Assembly (NCBI GenBank): GCA_964304625.1 | Contig: OZ199838.1 | Coordinates: 16,207,731-16,271,730 of the forward strand | Direction of reading: 5' to 3' | Origin: Kudoa neothunni | Lineage: Eukaryota; Animalia; Cnidaria | DNA length: 64,000 nt | In this document: one piece after another, positions 14,508 to 28,307 of the stretch | Numbering within the stretch: the first letter of the stretch is position 1 | Layout: each line of letters opens with the position of its first letter | Notes under the pieces: model-generated | What the model was told of the DNA's origin: nothing | The model's input: only the letters and a program-made list of their open reading frames with translations | Database searches by the model: none | Position numbers and translations under genes: made by a program

Positions 14508-17053
14508 CTGATATTAACTAGCATATCGTTTACTTAATTAGTTAACCAGATTCTAATTTTGTGTGGTCATTTTCAGATTACCGTCGTGAGTATTTTTATA
14601 TAATTTTTTTGATTATACGGAGTATTTATTTTAACTTAAATTAGGTTAAATTATTGTATATCAATTAATTCTTATGACATATTTTTCACAAAAGTAAAAT
14701 TTTTAAGTATAGATTTCGAAGTATTTTTACTTTGTGATAGAAATAACACTTATTTTAATAAAATTGAACAACCTGAATATTAGTTATCAAAAGTTGTAAT
14801 CAAGGCAGAACTGTTTATTGATTGAAAAATAAAAATAACGTATAACTACATATAGAAAATATGAATGGTTTTATAATCTAGTCGGATTGTTTAAGAAATT
14901 GTAATATATTTTTTTAATGAAAACAAATAGTGAAGCACATTTAAAAATATTACGTTTAAGAATAAACTTAGAAAATGTCTATTACAGATGAAAGATTTAA
15001 GAATTATTAAATTTTATCGCTAATCAACTAAAATATAAATCTATATTAAAAGAGAGACTTAAATATGATTTATATGTGTTAAAAGAATTAGTTGATTCAT
15101 GTTGTTTTATCTTTAAAAAAATTAATCAATTAAAATGCACTCTGAATATACAAATTATCGGGATACATCATTTTTAAAAAAATGAGGACAGATAGATTTA
15201 TGTTGTTGCAAAGATGAATGTTTTTTAAGATGATTCCGTAATGCTTTTGGAGTCTTCTCACAATTGATAATATAAAATGTATGATGTTACGAATTGCATG
15301 AAACTATTTTCTCTAAAATTCTATACTCATACCGGTTATGCCAGACGCCAGCACCGACTAAATCTTTCGATCATTTAGATTTATATATTATTTTAAGACA
15401 ATATGCATGTTTAATAGTCTTCAAAATTACTTATATTAAAAAAAATTATATCATAATGGTAGAAGTGTATAATTGGGCAACCAAAATATTAGAGATAAAT
15501 AAACTGATAATTCATTAAAAAGTATATTATACGTTCAGTAGAACCAAGATTAGTTGCGGAAAGAAGAAATGTGGTAGATAATTGATTGATTTATCGTGTG
15601 TACTCTCCTCGAAGGATTATTAGCCGTGTCTGAATAAAGTGGGGTAGGTAAGTAACACTATAAGAGCTATTTTGTTCATAACTAAAAGAAAACCAAATAT
15701 TTTCTGCATGGTCTCCTGAATACTTCTCCTAAATTTCAAAGCTTCATGTTAAACTAAAACAGTTGAAGATTTAGATTTTTAAGAGCAAAATTATGTCATA
15801 CTAAATGACACTTTTAACAAAAATTTGTGTTAACGTTCGGATATCGCTGTCTTCGTTCGTTAAATGACTTACTTAATTATTTCAATAACGTTAAAATTAT
15901 AACAGTAATTATTTAATCATTATAAATGTTAATTTTTACTGTGAAAAGGATGTCTGCAGATTAACGAAAATTAATCTTAAAACCTTGTGCTAATCTCTCG
16001 CTGGTGGAAGATCGATTTTACAGAATTACAAATTAAAAATTCAAACAAGTAAGATCAAAATGCAACAAAATACACATTAGAAATAAGAAAATAACACACA
16101 TATGAAGATTGGCACCTTTGAGATTCAAAATCCGCATATTCCGACAACGGACGAAAGTGGTCTGTTAATGTGTAATTTATCAACGGCGGAATAAATCATA
16201 CTAAATTTTGTTTTTAACGCTTCTGACCTTTATCAAAGGATAATATCCACAATTTCTTTTCCATAGTTTGAATTTGGCTCATTTAATTTCCTGCATTTTC
16301 TCTTAAGTATAAATGGTATAAATGATACAGTTGACAAACAATCTCATTTGTTGTAATGAAGGAAATGAAAATTTAGCTTAATACGAGTTTTTATAAGCTT
16401 AACAAAAAATTAAAAGGAAGACGATCGAGTTATGAACATGCAATTTTTCAATAACAATGATTTTTTATGGAATCGGTTAATGATCCTATTTCGGAATGGT
16501 TACATTATTTTTTACTCAGTACCAGGAAAGTTTAAACGTTGGGTATTTCTTAATTTGTTAATAATAAACAAAATGAAAATAGGTAGCATGGGGACGTTAT
16601 TATCGAAAAATAAGAGAAATTCATTTGTTCATTTTAACTTTTGTAAAATATTTTCAATTCCAATCGTGTATTATATCAACATCTAAATGATCTTAGGTGA
16701 GTTCAACAGCCAACTACAGTGTGCTTATGATAAAAGTCTGATCAAACGCACGAATAATGAGAACACATATTAATTAAATATGTATATATTATTTAGCTTA
16801 TAAATTTGGTGAAAATGTCGTTTAATGAGCGAAATAATTAAATTTGAGATCTCCGTTTTTAACATTAATTTGTTAAAAATTCGCAATTAAAATCGACGTT
16901 TATTTTAGCCGGTTTAATATTACACATGCGCATGTTTATTTTTACATCAATTTTAAAAAAATTACGTAAAAACCTTTCTTATCAAATTGCCACCTTAACT
17001 CTCATACTGAGTTTGGGTTCAAAAGTGATCCCAGCGAAAAGTATACTTCTTAA

Positions 17054-18845
17054 CCTTCCCATCGCCTGAAAATCGACGTTACATATTCCTTCTTTTGGGA
17101 TAAGATGGAACCCACATTTTTTAATTTAAATTCGGATAAAAATGTAATAAATAATTTATTAAAGTATGAGAGAAAATTATTGATAAAATATTGAAAAATG
17201 TTACAATTATGATGACGCCGGGTGTTAACGATCATTGCCGAGGTTTTAAAAAAATTAAATTATGCATCTAATTTAACACATTTAACTTTATTTTTTAATT
17301 TAATGGATTTATATAAATAAGTAAATATATATTATTCAATATTAACGAAATCTTAAAAAATTTTTTACTTTCTAATTAATTTCTTAATATTCACGCCCAT
17401 AAAACTCGAAATACATATTGTTTCAAAATAGATAAAATGCGAGCTAATTATATTATCTTAGCTTTTAAAATTAAAATATATCACTTAAACCACTTTGAGT
17501 TGCTTTTATAAACATAAAAAAAATTCATCGCTTTTCTGTCTCGAGTTCTTGAACAATAACAGCATCATTTGTCACAAAGGAATTCGAGTAATTATAATTT
17601 AAATTTGAGAATTAACATATAGACAAGGATTATAATATAAGCAAATAATTGTTGTTTTGTTTTCCCTTCAAATAATCCTAAAAATTTAATTGTCAAACTT
17701 GTTAGTATGTGATAACAGTTGAGAAAAAGTGTCACCATAAAAAATAACAAATATATAAGCTAAGAAGACGATTCGGTCATGAATATGAAATGTAAACCTT
17801 GAGATTTTAATTATTTTAAGTTTCTCAGAAAACCAATTAACACAATTCTTATCTTTGTACTTATTTCAATAGCATTTATTAACTCCAGATACAATAGATT
17901 GACATTAATAACTATTTAATCAAAAGTTATCATAAATTTCTTTAAATTGGATCCAATTACATTCAAAATATTACACTAAGAATCGTTTATGACAGCATTT
18001 CATTCGTCGGTAATGATCGGGATTTAACGTACGCATAGTTTTTTCAAATTATCCCTGCTTTCAAATAACAAAATAATATTTAACTCTTGGAATTGCTGTA
18101 AATTATTTTTCTTCGTCGTTTCGTAGAAAAAAACATGGGGTCCATTGGACCCCAAATGAATTTTTTTTGTCTACAAGGTTAGACCCCTGGCGCAACATGT
18201 TAATTTGTGAAGATCGAACTGGTTAGGACTCTCCCTTTTTACGCTTTAGGCACCGCAGTTTCATATTAAGGCTACTTACATTTATGCGATAGTGTAGGAC
18301 TTTAACCAATTGAACAGCTTCGTTTCGGGACAAGTACCATCTCATCCTTACCCTGAATTATTCAAAATTTAGTCTGTAAAAGTCTTCTGAATGGGGGCAT
18401 CGGTTCTACGGAAACCACTTACTGGGTTGTATTTCATTCCTGTACCCCGGTGTTTATGAGTTTATGAGCGCCCGAGATCTACCCTTCTGTCAGGATCTTT
18501 TCCCAGCTGCAAGCAAGGCCACGACAAATCGTAGATCTTTGCGATTACTACAGCTTCCCTACTTAATTTCGGATTAAGAGTATAGGAACATCCCGACTAG
18601 GCATCGAACTCGCAAACTCACGGTATGCGATCTCAGCCTAACACCTCTATGCCATATTGTCCAGGCTATATACAGACTCCAAAAGAAGAGATGCACAAAT
18701 TAAACTTTTCCGTGATATTGTAATAGAACTCATATTTGTAGGAGAATTGATGTGATCCTAAAGTCACTGATGTAATATAAGATTTTCTAAAATTGAATCA
18801 AACATTCTTTGGGGCCATTGTACCCACCCCAAGACGCTCGGAAAG
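17054..18845. mobile_element. piggyBac-like element nested at a TTAA inside the 16999-20290 element
   Basis: Left end TTAA|CCTTCCCATCGCCTGAAAATCGAC is nearly identical to the 3172 element end. Degenerate right end GCTCGGAAAG; palindromic GGGGTCCATTGGACCCC at ~18137 and a related copy at ~18811. Confidence 0.55.
18172..18665 (-). mobile_element. Candidate tRNA-derived SINE
   Basis: GC-richer ~490-bp block. The minus-strand head has a Pol III A box (TGGCATAGAGG) and B box (GAGTTCGATGCC) at tRNA-like spacing, followed by a non-tRNA body. Confidence 0.5.
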
Positions 18846-20469
18846 TTATATGCTATATTGATCATCATGGAAACATCTCATTTATTGTTGTAAATCCACT
18901 TCTTTATATGTCATTTTTATGAAAAATTATTTTTATTATATTTGACCCCAGGATAAATAATTATATTAAAACAATAACGATTTGACGTAATAAATAAACT
19001 TTAATATTATCTCATAAACAAAAATCTATTTAATATTTCAGTTCCTTTTAAGGTTTTCAAGAAGAATCCTGTACAGCGGTAGGCATAACTCTATCCGTGG
19101 GACGGATCTTGCCCTATGATGTTCCATTCGGTCATCGGGAACGATGGCAAATTTACTATAGAATTGATCTATTTGTGATAGATTTGGTATTTAGTTCCTC
19201 TCTGAGATATTTTAAAAGCCTGATCAATATTAATTCATCCGTAACTATAACGTTGTAATATTGTTTTATACTTATGTTTAATTTAATAACTATATACGTT
19301 AGACTTTCAATTAGAAACATGAATAATTATTAAATATGCCTAACGATACTTAGAAAATTTGATATAATAAAGCATATGAGTTAAAAAAAATATGCGGCGT
19401 CACACATGTTATGCAAACGTATAAATCAATAATATTGTAGAAGGAAACTTCGTTATTTATATTTTTTGGAATGGCGTTTTATATAAACGGATTAGCCATA
19501 CTTCAAATAATAAAATTACCTCACTACAAACTATCTATTTAAGAAATCTTTAGAAAATTAAGTTAAAAATTAGTCATTTAATTTATTAAATTCTTTGTGA
19601 TAAAACTAGTTCGAGATATATTTTGCCTCGTTTGAGTATACTTAAAAAGTAATTGCTAAACCTATTAAACGTATAATCCCTCCACAAGATGTTTAATATT
19701 AACCACAACGGATATTAAAACGCAAAAAATTGATAAAACGTCCTTTGTTTTTAATAAAGATTTGGTTGAAGTATATTTATTTGTGCATACTGACCCAACT
19801 CTGTTTGCCTTGTTTATCGACATATCTGTACAATACTCAAAAAATCAATTTTTTGTTAAATTTTATTTAAACCGCAATTCAGTTTATATTGATAGAAAAA
19901 TTTTTTGTTAAAAAAACCGTCCCGCGGGAATATTATTGTCTACTCCTGAATAAGAGGAAAATATATTGTTAGCAACGTTGAAGAAATTTAAAATGAATAT
20001 GACATGGACAACGCAGAAATAAGACTTAATTTTCGCGACAACGAGATAAATTAAAGGGTAAGATATTCCATTTGCCATTAAAATCGTATGAAACCTATGT
20101 TAAACCCTCATATATCAACAATACGTGAAAATTGCATACAAACATATTATTAGAAAATTATATCTAACAAATTGTGATATGTATGTAATTTTTGATGGAG
20201 AAATTTATTAGTAAAACTACTATGTCTATCCTTGGGTCAAAAACGTCCCCAAACTCCTTACAAGTGAAAATAGTCGACTCGGTATGAGTGTTAAAAAGAA
20301 GAATAATGACCTCATTTTCTGATAAAAGATTGTAATTAATTCAGATATTAATTCTGAATTTAAAAAAATAGGATGAAATTGTTTAAAAAATTCTATTTAT
20401 GATTCCCCCCAGTTTATTCCATAAAATTATTTTTGACGGTAGCGCTATGCTTTCGATACTATTTAACAC

Positions 20470-21330
20470 CTAATGCTTGCAGAAAATATGAAATTCTTAT
20501 TCTTATAGGCAGTGCTCTAATGGTAGGTATACGACAGAGAGAAATTGGACAATCCATCATACTCATAAATTACAATAAATAAAGCATGCATTACTCGATC
20601 GATTAAATGGTGTGGCCTGTTGAAAAAACCGCGAGGGGTTAACAGTTATTTCAATAATATATTACAGTCGCTATCATTGATAATAAATAGGATGCCGAAA
20701 TAAAATTAACGGTGTTGTAACACTGAAAAATACACTAACTGAAATAATTAACAGGTTCGGTTTTTTCCGTTGTTGCTGATATGGATTACGGCCATTAACC
20801 TGAAATTTAACAATATTTTTTGTAATTTTAATAATCTTTTATTAACGATTTAAAATCAAAAGCTATCATGGTTGTAATGTAGAACAATGTCCGCATTTTC
20901 CGATTGAAGATAATAATTAGTTCGTACATTTATTTGATTAAATTATCGTGATAATTGTTGAATAATTTGTGATATGAATGAGTGGATTTCGTCCAACAAT
21001 TTATTTTTTAAATTAAATATATACCAGCGCTATAATCAATAATCTAATGCTGATATAAAAAATGGAATACCTATTCCTACAGATATGGAATTAATATAAG
21101 GCATTCGTTAATGATGAAATATGAAAATCGATAAAAAATTATAGTTGCCACACTCAAATTTTAAGATAAATAAAGCATGCTTCACTCGTTCGATTAAATG
21201 GTATTCCTTGTGGAAATAACTACGCGGGGCTAGCCGTTATTTATATGATAAATTAAAGAAACTATTATTGATAACGAATACAATGCTGAATATAACCTAA
21301 TGGAGATGAAACAATGATAACAACAAATAA
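20470..21330. repeat. Diverged direct duplication with ~590-bp period upstream of paralogue 4
   Basis: TAAATAAAGCATGC..ACTCG.TCGATTAAATGGT at ~20576 and ~21167, with continuing patchy similarity. Confidence 0.7.
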
Positions 21331-21732
21331 TTAAAGTAATCAATCAAAGTATCTATCGTTATATTATTATTTATATCATTTAATCTAATACCTTGTTGAT
21401 ATAAATGAAATCACAATAGCTCCTAAATTTATTTGACGAAAAATAAAATTATTGTTTATAAAAATTATATAAATACTTATATATTCTCTTAATAAAGTAT
21501 ATGAATTATTTAATGTAAATAACCATATCATAATCATATTTACATGGATTATTTCGTATCCGCCGACCATCGTTAGAACATAGTGGGTAACAAATTGGTT
21601 TAAAAGCTAATTTAACAAAATACGCTATATAAGTAAGATAATCTTTAAATCTATAAGGATATTTAAATTAAACTTTTATAAATTACTACAACGAATTTAT
21701 TGGGTTTTTAAGTGCATTATAATGCATGTAGA

Positions 21733-23756
21733 ATGTCTGATATATGGATTTTTCTTGTCCTCTTTGTGTATGATTCCTCAATCTTATGTTTCGTTTTGAA
21801 AGAAAAGCTAGTATATATCGTTTGGATTTATTAATATATGTGTTATATTATGTAGGAGATCGTGCTTTTTGTAAATGATTCGAAATATCGAGGCACCGCG
21901 TACCTATGTATTGATTATGAGCCATTAGACTTTGGAGTGTATTGTGATAATATATTTGAAGTTGTTTGCACTAGTAGGAACGCATCTCAAAAAATATATT
22001 TTATTTAATTTTATAAAGATGATTACACCGATCAATTTAATGATTCGGCTGACCTTGAAAAGCAGTGCCTAAGACGCATAAGTCAGTATGTGAAAATGAC
22101 AGAAGGCAGTGTAACCGTTCTAATTGCTGATGATAATATAATCCCATCGTAATAAACTTATTTTTTAATTTAATTATAATATATAATAGAATGAAAATCA
22201 GTTATTACAACAAATGGAATAATTATGGTACTGAAATTCGGGATATTACGTTAAGTAATACACTTCTACCAATCTCATACGTAAAAATCACATCATCAAA
22301 TCTAATATTTTGTTATTTCGCCATGGCAAACGAGGTGAGTACTATTATTTTAAAATTAAATATTATTGATATGTATTTGTAATGATAAAACTTTTTATTC
22401 TAGGAAGATGTCTTGTTTATTAAAAAGGTAATTTATTTATAAATATTTTTTTAAATAGTTATAAACTAATTTTTTTAATAATAATAATAATGATAATAAA
22501 TGGTACTTTGAGGTATTTAATAATCTAAGATCTAGCCAAAATACGACTTCGGATTTGTATTTTTGGATGCGGACGTATTTATGCTTGGATACCCCACGGC
22601 GACCAATTTCAATAATATAAACATAAATACATTTACACTTAATTCGAATGAACATAAGTTTTTTTCGATATATTCAATGCTCATGGGTCATAAGAATATC
22701 CTTCCTAAATTGGTTTATAAATATATAATTGTAAATTACTTGTTTTCTTTTTTTTATTGTGTTACTTTGTGATATATTTAGCTTAAAAAGTATCATGTCG
22801 AGAAACTCAGCGGTGAAATTACCATGGAATTCCCTTGTTCAAAAAATGATGAAACAATTACGATTACTTCTAAAGAATTCAGAATATGGGTAACCGGGTT
22901 GGACGGTGATAGTAGAAAATTTTTAGGACCCATAAAAATGGTGGCTGCATATGATTTATTAATTTGCTTTAATTTATTGAGGGAAGTTACGTTAATTTCT
23001 AATAGTACCCATCCATGGAATTTGGAAACTGAAAAATCTCTCTCCATTGAATTTCCACAAAAATATGGAAGCAATTACTTCGAAGTTGATCTCATAATAA
23101 AATTTTAATTCTAAAAATAAATTATATTTCTTCAGATATACTCGAATTCCGGTAAATTTAGTTGGGTCACAAAATCTATTGCATTTTCGGAGTTGCAATC
23201 TTTATTAAACGCTGAAATACAAAAATCTTCCTTTAATGTGAATGTAATTTTGTTAAAAATTATTAAGCCTTAATCTATTAATAGGAAGTTGTCGAACAAA
23301 TATATTATTATTTACTTATTTCCTATATTAATGACAAAGGTCTAGAAAATCATGTTAAATACACATTCATATTTTTGGTATTCGCAAACAATTCTAAAAT
23401 ATATATATTTATTTATTTAAGGATAATTATCTACACTGGGAAGAATGTTTTGTAAAGAATACTACAAAAATCAAATTCAATAATGGTATATTTTTTTATA
23501 TAATCATTATTAATAATATCATTTAGATAGGAAAAAATATTTAAAATCACGAGATAAAGATGACGCTAATAAAGGTCAAAATAAGCCACTTAATGAAATT
23601 AATGATAATTCACCTGAATCCAAAGAAAATAACCAATCTAAAATTTCCAACAAAATCCTGGTAGTTTCAATTATTGTTCCTACCTTGGCAGTAACAATAG
23701 GTATCACCGTTTCATTATATTTCACCTACGGACGCTCCAAATTTGAAAGATTATGA
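21733..23756 (+). CDS. Array paralogue 4 (NTPDase-like type I membrane protein, 11 exons)
   Basis: Start MSDIWIFLVLFVY. Motifs FGVYC, VLIADD, LGYP, EFPC, HPW, FPQKYG; TM ILVVSIIVPTLAVTIGITVSLYF; stop TGA ending 23756. The exon 4 donor appears shifted (see findings). Confidence 0.82.
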
Positions 23757-24015
23757 TTGGAATAATCAAACTTCATTATTTTTATATATTATAATGACTA
23801 GAAGATTATTGTTTAATGCATTGTTTACATACAATTTTTTCATATAATTATGGGTTATTTCTATAAACCATCCGATCGTCATTTATTTATCAAAACCAAA
23901 TTTGTTTTTAATCTTTCAAAATATAAACAAGAAAACCAATTTTTAAAATTATAAGTTTGATGTAAGCCTATTTAATCTGATATTCCCAGTTTCGCGATAG
24001 TCATTGTCTTTTAAT

Positions 24016-24184
24016 TGAGTGGACCTCCCGCTTATGCGAAAATCGCTCTATCCGAATGATTTCTTAAAATCTGTTTGAAATTGACGTAGAATCTAAATAA
24101 ATAAATTTCGTTTAACCGAAATTTCAGTATCTGAAAGGAAAATGCCAGGTCCCAACATTTTCGGATAAATTGGGTTCGACTGTA
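24016..24184. mobile_element. Short Tc1/pogo-type MITE candidate
   Basis: Right end reads TACAGTCGAACCCAATTTATCCGAA on the minus strand; degenerate left counterpart GAGTGGACCTCCCGCTTATGCGAA. Confidence 0.4.
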
Positions 24185-24409
24185 TTATGAAACTTTCATT
24201 TTTAAGTCTTATTTTTCAGAAAAACAAGAAAAGTTTAAAATTATAATAAATCGGCATAATTAATTGAAATCAAATAATTCAAATAGTATCAATATTATTT
24301 ATTTTATATATTTAAGTTGTTATATATGGTTCACTGTTGTATATTGTCGTTATTACTATTACATAATAAATAATTTTAAATTGTACATGAATAAATATAA
24401 CGCTTTTAA

Positions 24410-24630
24410 TCCTCTAAATATAATTGGAGTACTTTGGACTCAAGAAGACATTAATTATCAATTTTTTACCACACTAACTTGTGAAAAATTTTCGACAGGC
24501 AGCCTATTCTTCTAAAATTGTATGTAGTAAATTTCCACTAATTAAAAAATTTGTTTATTACTTAGAAAAAAAGTTTATGTTAAAACACCCCGTAAGTAGT
24601 AAAATTGGGGTCCAAAAAACCCCATTATTT
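24410..24630. mobile_element. Left-end fragment of a piggyBac-like element
   Basis: TTAA|TCCTCTAA followed by GAGTACTTTGGACTC and GGGGTCCAAAAAACCCC motifs, similar to the ends of the 40.3-kb family. Confidence 0.4.
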
Positions 24631-26251
24631 TTTTCCATCTAATTATCCGAAATATTGAAGTAAATGTTCGGGAGAACTTTGAAAAAAATCTATCGAGTAA
24701 ATATATTTTTATTGCATGAATATCATGTCTTCGTTTGAATCGTACTTGCATCATAATTATTTTCAATGATGTGTTCGAGTGATCTTAATAGTAATTACTC
24801 CGATGTCGAAATTTCATATTCATTTTCTTCCTTTCATGATTATTTATCGTTGGAAAAAAATTGATATTGATACAGATATACAACATAAGTCATTAATCCA
24901 CAAGAACGAAACGTAATGGTTAGAGCTTCGAAAAATCGAGGATATAGGGATTATTCTCTAATCCGAAAAGATTAAGTTAATGTATTAATAAATAGAGTGA
25001 TTCGTTCACATTGGATTTTGTAATCAAAATTCATTAATGCATTATTTTTTGGAATACACAATTTTATTTCTTTTAAAATATCAGCTAAATTACGTTACTA
25101 CATTATCTGTGTACGAACTTCGGCCGAGGTCGCATACAAAGTCTGAAATAAAGTCATTTCCTACAATTCGACCTGTTAATTCACTTCTTTTTAAAAGTTT
25201 TTTCATTTTTGATCTTATTACAAAAAATTACATTATGTAGTAAAATTCAGTTCAAAAAGAATAACCTATAAACTGAAAATAAATCTTCAGTCGTGTACAT
25301 TCGGATTTACGTGGAATCTCTGTTGTTGATAAATACATCAAAAAAATTATTATTTCTCTATAATTTTAACAACTTCGAAGTTGTTAAATGTTCAACGATT
25401 TTTTTTATTTATATCTATTAGTAATAAATTTATAAATGTTCAATCATAACTTCGTATTTAAAAAAACAGAACTTTCTGATTTATTCTATTCAAAATTATA
25501 AAAATAATGTTTCAATTTAACTATAACGTAAATTAATGTGTGTTTTAGTTTATAAATTTTTTCTGTTAATTTATTCATGATTAAAAAACTATTATAATAA
25601 TATTTGTTCCGAAATTCATACATGATAATTTAAAATTTATTTTATTAAGTTAACTTTTTATTTCTATCTATTACAGAACTAAAAATAAAAAATAATAATT
25701 TTTCAATTTGAATGAATTTTATAGTGGAATAATCGTCACAAATCAAAATATACGATTTATAAGCATTTTATATTAATTCGAACGTAGTTGTTACTAAGTA
25801 GTTCACATTTTTTTTACTTTTTTTAACAATACAAAAATGATGTAAAATTTAAATAAACATTTATTATCTTGTTATTGAATATATAGCAAAATATTACGTC
25901 ATATTTTAAAATCTACTTCAATATTTTTGTGTGGCTGAATGTTTCAAGAGGTATAAACTAATATAATTAGTTTACTGACAAGTATTAACTCTCAAAATGT
26001 TTGTAAAAATTAGTAATAACCACAAAACGTTGGAATCATAAAATCCTTAATAGTCTTCATTTCAAATATAATCACCTTCGTTTTTAAAAAAATTTCCTCG
26101 GCCCTCGATGTTTTAAAGGCCTAGTTATGGTCGATGAACCCACCCATCGTTGGCGTCTAGAACATGTGTTGCAAATAATATGAATGCTCGTCCTAATGTC
26201 TCTCCGTTTTATTACAATATATAATTGACATTTTCAGAATAATCTTTAATT

Positions 26252-26832
26252 ATGTTATGTACGTCATTATTTAAAAAAATATATCAGTACACGGATGGAA
26301 AAATTTTTGGTGATAGATTGATCGAATTGGATGGGTTCAATAGCTGTTTATTTCTGATGGGATATCACGGGGATAATCGAGAATCAATTAAAGAGATATT
26401 TGGGTTAGAAGATGGAAAAATATATCAAGATTTATTCTCTTTACATAGGTTCCGTCAAATAATGCACTTTACATTTTGAAGGTATTGAAAATATTGCTGT
26501 AATAAAATAATCCTGGAAGTTTTGCCATGTCGATGAACTACGGCATATTTAAGTGAATTTTGAGTTATGTTTATTGAAAATATGCGATCTCAAAAGTAAT
26601 ACATACACGTATTGTACGCTGTGGTTAAAATATTTCTTTATCATTCTCACATGCGCACACAAAATTACATGATGTTATTTATGAAATTATTGAATATATA
26701 ATCGATATAATATTTTATAAACTTCTAAAAATACATATTATCATTTTTTCAAATATTTTATCAAATAAAAACTTGGGTCTTTTGCATTCCAATTATACTT
26801 GGAAGGTGTAAATTTTCATGTAACTCAGAAGG
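26252..26832 (+). mobile_element. piggyBac transposase remnant with right end
   Basis: LFLMGYHGDNRESIKEIFGLEDGKIYQDLFSLHRFRQIMHF resembles the piggyBac N-terminal segment ending in MSxxRFxxI; element end CTCAGAAGG|TTAA. Confidence 0.5.
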
Positions 26833-26973
26833 TTAATAGGATAGTTGGTATATATTTTTAAGTATATTTTCAAATCATTTATCAGCATTCCTCCTAATAT
26901 TTAAAAATTTATTAAATAATAAGTTATGTAAAAGTTTCTTATTTTTTTAAAAACCTCCGCCTAGCGCTATTAA

Positions 26974-28307
26974 CCCTCTAACACAGCGCTTCCCAATTAA
27001 AACTGGACTCGCACCCTCATTTTTTGACAAAACGAAATTCGCACCCCTTTGCATACGATAACGTGTAACTGACTTAAATTTTATCAAAAATTATTTTCAA
27101 TTTTGATCGGATTTCGCACCACCTGAAACCAAAGTTCGCACACCCAGTTGGGAACTCCTGCTCTAACTTGCTTAGAGTCTAATCGACTCTAAGATAAAGA
27201 TGAATACACTATAATTTTTTCTCCCTTCATTCTAATGTTCTCGAATTCAAGCCATTCTTCACAAATGAATTCTTCTAGGCAATCGAGGAAAAATGAATAA
27301 TGTAGTTCTTTTATGTAGCCATATTTCGAAGGATACCTTGCAACAATCATTTGGGGTCGATTCGACCCCATCTTTTAAATTAATGAAATTTTTTACATGA
27401 GAGATTAAAAATTTTAACCGACAAAATTCTAAGAAAAATAAAAATTGATCCTTGAACTAATTGTACGCGACCTAATCGAACATTGCTCATACACAGATAA
27501 TAAAATTAATTTTTTACTTCAGTAGTGATTTAATGTCAGGAGAGTTTCTAGAGATTCTGAATTTGATTTTATATTTCATAACGATGAGTCTTCTGGTAGT
27601 GAGTATAAGTATGTGTCTCGAGAAACTGATGACGTCGTTCTGGACATATATGATACTTCAATGATTAGCAAATATAGATTAGTTAAGAGTGTAACAAAAA
27701 ATCTACGTCAAGAACAAGCGCATAAAATATTTTTTGAACTCTCCGCAGGACTCAACTATCCATACGACTTTGAGAGTAAAATCAATGCTTGATTGTTGTT
27801 ATTAGTTGATTGTGCAATCGTCATTTTTGCAGTGACCATTCAGTTAGATGTTACATTCGGGGTTTCAAAATAGAAAAAAAATAAACCAAGAGAAATTATA
27901 GATTACATTAATGTTCTTATGTTATGGCGAACGTTCGACTACATTATTTTTTAAGCACGCTGCCATAAAACTACTTTTTATGTTTATTTTAATTTCATTA
28001 AAATTGTAACAATTAACATCATTGAATTAGTTTACATTGATAAATCTCATTTCGCAATGTAGCCGCAGTTTCCCTAGCATGCAGTAACGATATTTAGCGC
28101 AATTGTCTGAATCCCTATATTCACGGATTACCGAAGATAAATGAGTTAGTAAACTTTAATTTACTCAAAATTTCGTCGATAGATCTCTCACATAGTTTGT
28201 TAGCCTAAACAAAATATTTGTTGGTAATGGAAAATAAAATAAAAAGATGGGGTCGATTCAATCCCGATGATCGTTGGAGGTACGACGTTTTTTTGATCGT
28301 TAGTGGG
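26974..28307. mobile_element. Non-autonomous piggyBac-like element whose left TIR is interrupted by a hAT MITE
   Basis: TTAA|CCCTCTAAC ... GTTAGTGGG|TTAA; internal palindrome GGGGTCGATTCGACCCC at 27353 with related copies at 27172 and 28249. Confidence 0.7.
26984..27160. mobile_element. hAT-superfamily MITE (177 bp)
   Basis: TIRs CAGCGCTTCCCAA / CAGGAGTTCCCAA; 8-bp TSD CTCTAACA / CTCTAACT; four internal TCGCAC motifs. Confidence 0.85.

Larger units (their letters stand above)
16999..20290. mobile_element. piggyBac-like element (outer element of a nested stack)
   Basis: TTAA|CTCTCATACTGAG ... CTCGGTATGAGTG|TTAA (13-bp TIR, 2 mismatches), with subterminal GGGT(T)CAAAA..CCC motifs at both ends. 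Confidence 0.7.

Noticed and set aside
14900-15600. Possible decayed Tc1/mariner-type transposase on the + strand
   Set aside because: Only a faint resemblance to the SPDLxPLD motif, and no TIR pair found.
18590-18665. tRNA gene on the minus strand
   Set aside because: A and B boxes are present but I could not form a convincing cloverleaf. It continues into a longer body inside a transposon, so it is treated as a SINE head.
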